This document shows, one piece after another, positions 12,347 through 21,797 of a DNA stretch of 64,000 bases. The notes under the pieces were generated by a model that saw nothing but the letters and a program-made list of their open reading frames with translations, was not told the origin of the DNA and did no database searches. This DNA is from Heteronotia binoei (lineage: Eukaryota). Numbering within the stretch: the stretch's first letter is position 1; each line of letters begins with the position of its first letter. The stretch lies in the NCBI RefSeq assembly GCF_032191835.1, contig NC_083239.1, positions 40,114,001 to 40,178,000 on the forward strand. The letters are read 5' to 3'. Both the position numbers and the translations under genes were made by a program.

Positions 12347-12387
12347 CCAGACGTTTCGTTCTCAGCTGCGGAGAACATCCTCGGTGG
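12347..12387 (-). ncRNA. Hammerhead ribozyme motif, core-mutated copy (CCGAGGA)
   Basis: Minus strand reads cca CCGAGGA u GUUCUC cgcagcu GAGAAC GAAA CGUC ugg; U4 is replaced by C. Confidence 0.55.
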
Positions 12388-13072
12388 CGTTGCAGCTGGA
12401 GCAGGCGCTCTGACCTTCTTGGCTGCTGTGCATTGAGTGGGGCCAGGGCTGCTGGAGAGCTGCTATTTGTAGGCTGGAGGGGGTGTGATGAAAGGGCAAT
12501 TGGTTTGTGGATGTGCCCATTGTTTGGTGGGGCTTCCTGGAAGGGTAGTGATAAGGAAACTGGCTGTTGAATGTGACCATTGTTCTGTGTTAATTGCTGG
12601 GAAGGTTGGAAGGGGTTTGAAGATAAGGAAGATGGTTGTTGACTGTGCTGATTGTTCTGTGGAATTTGCTGGTTGTTCTGAGACTTTCTGCAATTTATAG
12701 TCTGTAGCAGACTATAAATAGCAGACTATAAATTTCTGCAATTTATAGTCTGTAGCAGACTATAAATTGCAGAAAGTCTCAGAACAACCAGCAAATTCCA
12801 CAGAACAATCAGCACAGTCAACAACCATCTTCCTTATCTTCAAACCCCTTCCAACCTTCCCAGCAATTAACACAGAACAATGGTCACATTCAACAGCCAG
12901 TTTCCTTATCACTACCCTTCCAGGAAGCCCCACCAAACAATGGGCACATCCACAAACCAATTGCCCTTTCATCACACCCCCTCCAGCCTACAAATAGCAG
13001 CTCTCCAGCAGCCCTGGCCCCACTCAATGCACAGCAGCCAAGAAGGTCTGAGCGCCTGCTCCGGCTGCAACG

Positions 13073-13113
13073 CCACTGAGGATGTTCTCTGCAGCTGAGA
13101 ACGAAACGTCTGG
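13073..13113 (+). ncRNA. Minimal type I hammerhead ribozyme motif (PLE-type), intact core
   Basis: cca CUGAGGA u GUUCUC ugcagcu GAGAAC GAAA CGUC ugg: core CUGANGA/GAAA, 6-bp helix II, palindromic ACGU helix III, GUC site, 3-bp helix I. Confidence 0.7.
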
Positions 13114-13368
13114 AAGGAAAACTTTCTCCAGTAGAACACGGCACTTGATCCCGAAAGATTCTACAAACCCTAATGATGTTACCAGCCGTGAAAACCTGAA
13201 ATCTTTGATAATGTAAACATTTGTTATCCGTTTCGATGAAGCTTTGAATAAGGTGGTTCAAAAGGGACAGATGGATTTAGTGGTTCGTTTTTGGGATGAT
13301 TATTGTCATTTCCAAATGGTATCTAACCAGTGTTTTTCTTCAAACTGCTACTGCTGAAGACCTTCAGC

Positions 13369-13886
13369 TTGGGTTGCCAAGTCCAATTCAAGAAATATCT
13401 GGGGACGTTGGGGGTGGAGCCTGGAGACTTTGGGGGTGGAGCCAGGAGACATTAGGGGTGGGGCCAAGATCAAGGCTGTGACAAGCATAATTGAACTCCA
13501 AAGGGAGTTCTGGCCATCACATTTAAAGGGACGGCACACCTTTTCAATGCCTTCTTTCCATAGGAAATAATGAAGGATAGAGGCATCTTCTTTGAGGGCT
13601 CATAGAATTGGACCCCCTGGTCCAATCTTTTTGAAACTTGGGGGGTATTTTGGGGAGAGGCACTAGATGCTATACTGAGAATTTGATGCCTCTACCCCAA
13701 AAAACAGCCCCAGATACCTCGGATCAATTCTCCATGATTTTCTATGGGAATAAATCTCCATAGGGAATAACAGAGTTCCCAGCAGACATTTCCCTTCCCT
13801 CCCCCCGCATTCTGACTACCCTGAAGCGGGGGGAGGGCCTGCAAACCAGGGGATCCCCTGCCCCCACCTGGGGATTGGCAACCCTA
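13369..13886 (+). mobile_element. Non-autonomous hAT element (TAGGGTTGCCA-type TIR) nested in the transposase
   Basis: TIRs ttgggttgcca / tggcaacccta; 8-bp TSD ccttcagc / ctttcagc. The transposase resumes across the junction. Confidence 0.8.
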
Positions 13887-14970
13887 CTTTCAGCATTTTC
13901 AAGAAGGCACGTCTTCTTTATCAGTTGCAAAATTATTGCAAGTATCTACGGATGGGCCAAATGTAAATCACTTTTTCCTGAGAAAATTAAAAGAGATTAA
14001 AACCAACCTTGACTGTAAAGAAGGAAAAGGATTGACTTTGGAACTTGTAGCCTTCGTGTTGTACACGGGTCTTTTAAAACAGGATTACAAGCAGTGAAAT
14101 GGGACCTGAATTCAGTCTTGTGCAAAGGCTTATCTGTTCAAAGATTCCCCAGCTAGGAGAGCATCATACACTGCTATGACTGGAAGCACACTATTTTCTC
14201 TGAAGTTTTGCTCCGCTAGGTGGCTGGAGAATGTTAAGTGCCTTGACAGAGCTATGAGCGTTTTTGACAACATCAAGAAGTATGTGGAAGCAACCCCCCC
14301 CCCCCCCCCCGTAAACCTGCAATTTGTATAAAAGCTGCAATGCAAGATCCACTTGTGAAGTGCAAAATGGCTTCATGAAAATGATTGCTGGAGATAGTGA
14401 AACAAAGGTTTCAAAACGAAGAACCACTGGCACCTTTTTTGTCTGAAGAACTTTGTAAGCTAATGAGTCGTTGCATGAAATCGGAAACGCTGCAAAACGT
14501 GTCTTCTGGTTCCTAGTTGCTAACAATTGACATGAAATTGTCTGAGAACTTGCTTGACAAAGCAAGATTGACATTGGCTTTGCAGCAAGAAGCTGTTGAA
14601 AGAAACTAAACTGAGTGAACGTCAAGTGGCCGAGTTTTGCCTAGGGCGTTGAAACATGGTAGTTGTTGAAAAGTTGATGGAGAGAAATCCTTTGAAGTTC
14701 AAGATGGTGCGTGGCCTCTCAGCATTAGATCCAACTATCATTTTATACAAGCCAAATCTTGGAATCAACAGAATACGGGCTGTTCTTGAAGCTCTACATG
14801 CAGCAGATCAGATCAATGAGACAGTAGCGGAAAAATCAAAGCAACAACACACTACTTTAACCACAGCTGCCCACAATGCGTTCAAGGCTCAATTTCAAGC
14901 AGATGTTGCAAAACAAAACAATGAAGTTAGCCTGGATATGTTTTACTGTGGTATTTTGATGTCCTACGAA

Positions 14971-15563
14971 CAGGCCCATAGCCAGAAAATTTCAGATGGA
15001 GGGGGCATGATATAAAATTTTGGGTGGAGGGTGATATAAAATTTGGGTGAAGTTTTGGTGGCCCCCACTCTCTGCTGCCGCCACTCTGGCAGCCCTTGAT
15101 CTCCCTGGGGCTCTGGCAGCCCCGCCCCCCCTCCGTGGCGCTTCCCCCTCCCTCCAAGCCACCTGGTGAAAGCCCACCCCTCCTTTCCCTTCCATTTGCA
15201 CCCTCCCCCAGCAAGTTGCCCGCCCGCCGCCTGTGCCGGCTTGCCACAACTGCTACCACCACCTGCCCCTCCTTTCCCTTCCTGTCACCCTCTCCCCCTC
15301 CCCGCGATCACAGCGCACCGTGCCTGAGCCCTGCCATCGTGCCGGGGGGGGGCGTGAAGGGAAAGGAGGGGCGGGTAGCGGCAGTAGCGGCGGGACAGGC
15401 CGGAGGAGGTGGCCCAGGCGGTGCTCTGGGGGGGGGGGGGTGCAAGTTCAACGGAGCACGGCACTGGGCCGGCGCTAAATGGAGGGACCCTACAGGATTA
15501 AGGGGGGGTTTAATAAAGGTGCCGTGCCCTCCTGCCCCCCCCCCCCCCGTGGCCATGGGCCTG
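14971..15563. mobile_element. GC-rich non-autonomous hAT element nested in the transposase
   Basis: TIRs caggcccatagcc / ggccatgggcctg; 8-bp TSD cctacgaa / cctacaaa. Confidence 0.75.
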
Positions 15564-16743
15564 CCTACAAAAGTTACTCAGACCCATGGACTGTTGTCAA
15601 AATATGCCTTATCCTGTCTCATGGAAATGCTTCTGTTGAAACTGGATTTTCATTTTAATAAGTTAATGTTAATTGAGAACTTGTATGAAGAAACTGTAGC
15701 CTCTCAACGTCAGGTTTGCGATGCTGTCTTGAACTGTGGAGGACTTGAATCTGTTGTAATTGATAGGAATCTGTTGCAGTCAGGCATGCTACTCCAGAGC
15801 ACTTGGAGGCTAAACACCATAAGCCACCAGAAGAGATTCAGAAGAAAAGAAGCGACTTGAGGGACAAATGAAACGTTTTGAAAATGCTAAAAAAAAAACC
15901 CAACAGACTGAGAGAAGAAGCCAAAATGGAAGAGGAAACAATTGATGAGAAACTAAGAGTCACAAAATAAAAAGAGAAAACTGTAGAAGTGATAGTTTTA
16001 TATCTTAAATCTTCATTCTTTAAAAACAGATTACTTGTATTCTAATTTCTAACTTGATTATTACTGCAATTTCAAAACTGTAAGTTTCGCAATGTGGCTC
16101 CAGGAAAACAATTTGAGATAGAACGTTTATGAAATTTTTTAGGGTACCTTTAAAACAATAACAAAACACGTTATATCGTTCGTTAGCATTCAGAATTTAC
16201 TTGAATTTTTGGTGCAATTGTAAAACAGATGTTGCTGCAGTTAAGTGTTGAAGCTGATATTAAATCTGTTTTCTTTGACAAATATTTTTGCAGTTGAGAC
16301 TTGTGTCATTTTAGAGTGGAACCTTTCATTAAGCCTTGCATTAATGCAATGCGACCTATTCATTTTTTAACTTGTGGTTATATCTGAATGGTGATCAGGG
16401 AACTCGACAAATGTTGGTCAGGGAAATGAAAAATAAAATTTTAGTGGCAACCCTGCTTTCTCATTCTCCCAAAAACATAAATAAAAATACAGCAGTACAC
16501 TTCCCCTGAATACAGCATTTCCCTATACCCCAGAAGATGGCTGCCCTTGCACTAAATATGCACACGAACAATGCAGCCAAATTAAACACAGTCAGCAGAC
16601 ACACACCCTTGTGGTCTCACTGGGGCAATTGTCTCACTGGAATGCTAAACGTAATCATTGGGGGGTATTTCAAACCAGCTTCTTCAGACTTAACAGTGGG
16701 GGGGGGGGAAGCAGAGCAGCCTAGGGGGTGGAGTTTTCCCGCA

Positions 16744-17030
16744 GAGAACCAGTTTGATGTAATGGTTAAGTGTGCAGACTCTTATCTGGGAGAGCAGGGT
16801 TTGATCCCCCACTCCTCCACTTGCACCTGCTGGAATGGCCTTGGGTCAGCCATAGCTCTCGCAGAGGTTGTCCTTGAAAGGCCAGCTGCTGTGAGAGTCC
16901 TCTCAGGCCCACCCACCTCACAGGGTGTCTGATGTGAGAGAGGGAGATAAAGGAGATTGTGAGCTGCTCTTGAGATTCAGAGTGCAGGGAAGAATACAAA
17001 TCCAATGTCATCGTCTTCTTCTACTGCTAC
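16744..17030 (+). mobile_element. tRNA-derived SINE with L2-like tail (Squam3-like; family name tentative)
   Basis: A box gtttgatgtaatggttaag, B box gggtttgatcccc, 3' end resembling the L2 3' UTR, (ctt)n tail; about 15 copies in the window. Confidence 0.7.
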
Positions 17031-17689
17031 TACTTCGGGACGCTGCTGCTTCTCTTCCATTTACACACTCACCAGGAAAGACCCAAGTGGCTCTGCTTAC
17101 TCACCCCACTCATTCAGTTTTCCTCTTGGTCTGCCATTCAAAGTGGCTGCAATTCCACAAAATAAAACTGAACACACACACATGCACATTCACAAACCAT
17201 CTGCTGTATTTCAATCAAACTCAAACTAACGGGGGGGGGGGGGGAAGCAGCCTAAGGGGGTGCAGTTTGCCTCCAAACAACGGGGGTCTGCTGCTTCTCC
17301 TCCTTTTACACACTCGCCAGGAGCCCTCAACTGGCTTTCTGTGCCAGTTTCCCTCTTCCCTCTGCCAATCAATGGAAGGCTTTCTTTCTCTCCTCTGTGA
17401 AGCAGTGTCTCAGTCCTCAACCAGTGGAACACGACAGACCTTGATCGATGGTTTGACGAGTGAAAGGTTGATGCAGTATGGTCCCAGCCAATCAGTGTGC
17501 TCCATTTTGCCACCACAAAAAGGCTTTTATTATATAAAGGATGCAGGACCAGAAATGTCAGGAATATTCTTATAAAATTGGACATCTGATCAGCGCATTA
17601 TGGAATCACAAACCCTAGGAGGGCATTTTCATTATGGGTCTTGTTTTATATGCTAATTGGCTTGGGAAATGGATGCGATCCATTTAGCA

Positions 17690-18060
17690 TTCTTTAGGAA
17701 GAAACTGACAGCCTGGACTTGGTGTGCAACAAGAAAAATGGTTTTTTTGATAAAATGTGCTTGTTCAAAATTATATGTGGGTTCTTCAGTGAGGGAAGTA
17801 AGGGCATGGATGGATATTTGAATATAAGTCCCAAATCTGGACACTTAATTTGGAGGCTTCTTTTACGCAGCATTTTGTGTCAGCTAAACATTCAACACTT
17901 TTACTTTTGGGGGGGCTGGAGAAATTTGATCCACGCCTATATTGTGCAGATTGATATTCCTAAGTACTTGCTTTGCTGTTAATATTATTTTATACATGCT
18001 CTTAAAACATTGGCTCCCATGGGTCTTAATCAGACTATGGAGTTATCATCTTTCCTTTAG
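17690..18060 (+). mobile_element. Penelope-like GIY-YIG endonuclease remnant
   Basis: Broken frames give CATRKMVFLIKCACSKLYVGSSVREVRA...QHFVSAKHS...HALKTLAPMGLNQTMELSSFL*, typical of the PLE GIY-YIG C-terminus. Confidence 0.6.
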
Positions 18061-19732
18061 ATACAGTTGTTACCGTCACTTTATTTGAGTAAAGGCAGCT
18101 GCACCCGTTCAGGTAACTGGAACGTTTGGCATCCCTAAAATGTTCTCGTAGTATGAGACTTAAGACAGGGGTAGCCAAACTTGCTTAATATAAGAGCCAC
18201 ATAGAATAAGTGCTAGCTATTGGAGAGCCACAAGACATGAATGTCAGATGTTTGAGACAGGAAGGAAGGAAAAGGATGGGGAGGTGGAAGGAAAGCAACT
18301 GCAAGCTGCCAACTGGCTTGGTTTGGAGGAGTGATTTAAAAAGACAACTGTCTTCTCCAAGCCAACCAATGGGGTGGCGGGGGCTTTGGGAGCGACACAA
18401 TATGTGTGAAAGAGCCACATGTGGCTCCCAAGCCACAGTTTGGCCATCCCTGGACTAAAAAGCTTTACCAGCCTTGTGGATTTCAGAACAGTGGTTGACT
18501 TCAGCGGTGTTTCCAAGAATAGTACTACAGAATTTGGGTTGAGTTTGTATGTGTGGGGCAGTGTTCCCTCTAAACTGAGTTAGTGCGAGCTAGCTCCCAG
18601 TTTTTTAGCTTCCAGCTCACACATTTTTGTCTTAGCTCAGGAAGGACGGCCCCAGAGGAAACTAATTTATGCAGTAGCTCACAACTTTAATGCCAGCAGC
18701 TCACAAAGTAGAATTTTTGCTCACAGCTTAGAGACAGCTCTCACCCTGCAGCTTAGAGGGAACGGTGGCTGTGGGGTACTTTATAAATATTAGTATGAAC
18801 TATGTATGGAAGACTGAATGTAATTTTTGTTATGTAGCTGTGAAGCTATTAAACTGAAGAAGGACTTAGGACTGTAACCGGTTCTCTGGTGACCGCGTTT
18901 TGATACGCATCCGAGGGTGTCACGACTTCCTTTTAATATATCTAACGTTGTCACTAGGAATTTAATTCTAAACCTTTTATTTAATTAACCTTTCCCACAA
19001 TATTGTGCCCAAGCTCTAAAAGGCTTCTTTATTGGACTATGTGGCTCTGAGGATGAAATTGTTACGTTATTAAAATCATAGAACAAAATTAATACAAAAC
19101 AAAACTTTACGTGTAGAATAAGTGTATTGGTTTCAAGATGTTTATAGCTTAATTCTTCAGTGAATAAGAATAGCTTCTGACTGAGGTGTCACGCTTTCAC
19201 ATGTTTCTCACTCAAATCCTTCTTTCTCTTCCTAACTCAACTTTCTGACAACTTCTGTCTCTCACCCTCCTCTAATACTCTGACAATATTAGGTCTTGGC
19301 TCTCTATCTAGCCCCTAATATGTCCAATAAAGCAGGGGTCCTCAGCCTCCAGGCCACAGACCAGTCCCGGTCCATGGTCTATTAGCAACCAGGCCATGAG
19401 TTATATAATTATTTCATTATATATTACAATGTAATAATAGAAATAAAGTGCACAATTGTATCATCCCAAAGCCATCGCCCCCCCACGTCCGTGGAAAAAT
19501 TGTCTTCCACAAAACTGGTCCCTGATGCTAAAAAGGTTGGGACCACTGATCCAAAGTATTCTACTTTTCTTCCCTAGAATCTTAATGCCTTTCACAGCAC
19601 TAGTATAGGATTCTAATCAGAAGGCTGCTTCTCAGACTCTGCAGACTGCTGACTGGCCACGATTGACAGTTAACTGCTGTCACTCTGCTGAAAGTTCACT
19701 GCTGGTTGACTTCTCTCTGTCTTTACAAACAT

Positions 19733-20312
19733 TTCATTTCATTTAATTTTATTCAATTTATATCCCCCCCTTCCCACCAAAGCGGCTCAGGGCGGCTCAC
19801 AACACAAAAGTTCTAACATAGGATTAAATTTTAAAATACATAAAATTACAACATTTAAAACAATAAAACAGTAAAACAAAGCCATTTACCAAAGTACTAT
19901 ACTACAGCCTTCTATTTGAAATTTTCAAGTACCGATCAGTTGTATGCCAACCGGAAGAGGACTGTCTTACAGGCCCTGCGGAACTGCCCAAGGTCCCGCA
20001 GGGCCCTCACCTCTTCCGGTAGCTGGTTCCACCGGCAAGGGGCTGTGATTGAAAAGGCCCTGTCTCTGGCCGACTTAAGACGGGCCTCCTTTGGCCCGGG
20101 GATTGCAAGCAGATTTTGAGAACTCGATCTCAGCACTCTCTGGGGAATGTGGGGAGAGAAGGTCCCTAAGGTAGGCAGGTCCTAGGCCGTATAGGGCTTT
20201 AAAGGTAATAACCAGCACCTTGTACCAAACTCGGTATATTATTGGCAGCCAGTGCAGTCCCCGGAGCCCCGGCTGGATGTGCTCCCATCTAGGAAGCCTT
20301 AATAGCAGCCGG
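19733..20312 (-). mobile_element. L2-clade LINE 3' fragment
   Basis: RGLHWLPIIYRVWYKVLVITFKALYGLGPAYLRD and RAFSITAPCRWNQLPEEVRALRDLGQFRRACKTVLFRLAY, with the same 3' UTR as the 3.7-kb copy. Confidence 0.8.
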
Positions 20313-20739
20313 GCACCATATTTGTCGCCCTCAAGGTTGCCATTTGCAACCAGAAGGCCCAGCTTATCAATTAAACGATTGAGCATCAGGCCATGTCTGT
20401 TTACAACAGAGTCTTTCGAGTGCCTCCTACCATTATAAAATTCGCCATTAGACCCCATACCTAGTCTCCTAGTCCTAAACAGTGTTCCGTCTAAACTGAA
20501 TTAGTGTGAGCTAGCTCACAGATTTTTAGTCTCCAGCTCACACATTTTTGTCTTAGCTCAGGATGGATGACCCCAGAGCACACTAATTTTTGCAGTAGCC
20601 CACAACATTAATGCCAGCAGCTCACAAAGTAGAAATTTTGCTCACAAGGCTCTGCAGCTTAGAGGGAACATTGGTCCTAAGTAAATCGGGCAGTCATGCG
20701 ATAAGAGGAAAAGTCCCCCTGTGAATTAAAACTGGTTAA

Positions 20740-21275
20740 TTAATAAGAAACAGAGTGAGCATAAATGGTCCAGTGCTTTTTAACTTGTTCATTAATGATT
20801 TGGAGTTGGGAGTAAGCAGTGAAATGGCTAAGTTTGTGGATGATGCTCAGTTGTTCAGGACAGTGAGACCGAGAGGATCGTGAGGCTCTCCAGAGGGATC
20901 GGTCAAGGCGAGGTGAGTGGCCGTCAATGTAGCAAACAAGGTTAAACAAGGGCAAGTGGAAAGTAATGCTCATTGGAGCCAAAAATCTTAACTATCGATA
21001 TATGTTGACAGACCTGAACTGGCCGTAACTGACCAGGAAAGAGCTCTTGGTGACCGATGACTCACTGAAAATGGCGACTAAAGGCATATGCCGTGCTGGA
21101 GATTATTAGGAACGGGACTGAAAACAAATCAGCCAGTATCATAATGCCACTGTATAAATCCATGGTGTGGCCTCATTTGGAGTATTGTATACAGTTCTGG
21201 TCACCATACCTCAGAAAAGATTTTACAGAATTGGAAAAAGAGGAACTAAAATGCTAAAGGGATGGAGCACCTTCC
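20740..21275 (+). mobile_element. CR1 LINE RT fragment
   Basis: Degenerate ...SEMAKFVDDAQLFRTVR... and LYKSMVWPHLEYCIQFWSPYLRK-type sequence. Confidence 0.65.
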
Positions 21276-21518
21276 TTATCAATGGTTTTTTTTTAGAAAA
21301 AGCCCAGCAGGAACTCATTTGCATATTAGGCCACACCCCCTTCATCTGAGTACTGATCTGCTGCCCTGGACTCATGCTTGACCTTCCTGCCCACAAGTCA
21401 GATGGAGCTGATCTCATTCAGCCACTTGTGATGTATTCTTCCTTGCCAGATCAGAGTTAAGAGGTAAGAAGCAGAACAAATAGAAACCACAGAGAGCATA
21501 AATCAGAGTCCTTTCTCA

Positions 21519-21797
21519 CAGCCAGTTTGCTGTATTGCTTAAGTGTGTGGACTCTTATCTGGGAGAACCGGGTTTGATTCCCCACTCCTCCACTTGCACC
21601 TGCTGGAATGGCCTTGGGTCAGCCACAGCTCTGGCAGAGGTTGTCCTTGAAAGGGCAGCTGCTGTGAGAGCCCTCTCAGCCTCACCCACCTCACAGGGTG
21701 TCTGTTGTGGAGGGAGAAGATCTAGGAGATTGTAAACTGCTCTGAGTCTCTGATTCAGAGAGAAGGGCGGGGTATAAATCTGCAATTCTTCTTCTTC
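21519..21797 (+). mobile_element. tRNA-derived SINE (Squam3-like)
   Basis: Full-length homologue of the 16744 copy. Confidence 0.7.

Larger units (their letters stand above)
12285..13209. mobile_element. Penelope-like element end inserted as an inverted (palindromic) duplication
   Basis: Arms ~12287-12705 and ~12755-13173 are near-identical reverse complements. 11-bp target-site duplication aatgtaaacat at 12274-12284 and 13210-13220. Contains a PLE-type hammerhead motif and a gccgtgaaaacc-type end. Confidence 0.75.
11701..16455 (+). pseudogene. Fossil hAT-superfamily DNA transposon; transposase disrupted by stops, frameshifts and three nested insertions
   Basis: Ordered fragments: N-terminal YCKVCYKTFELSNM, FGLAPYF, FDEALNKVVQKGQMDLVVRFWD, YLTSVFL...STDGPNVN, GTCSLRVVHGSFKTG, LFKDSPARR, LKFCSARWLEN, EKLMERNPLKF, LILSHGNASVETGF. 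Right-end TIR-like gtggcaaccctg near 16444-16455. Left end not found. Confidence 0.75.

Noticed and set aside
12283-13261. Mirror-image identical ORFs
   Set aside because: A by-product of the palindrome; no recognisable protein.
15096-15860. 254-aa proline-rich ORF
   Set aside because: Mostly inside the GC-rich MITE 14971-15563; the true transposase frame nearby is different and broken.
16744-16830. tRNA-like sequences at SINE heads
   Set aside because: SINE 5' regions with A/B boxes, not tRNA genes; no complete cloverleaf.
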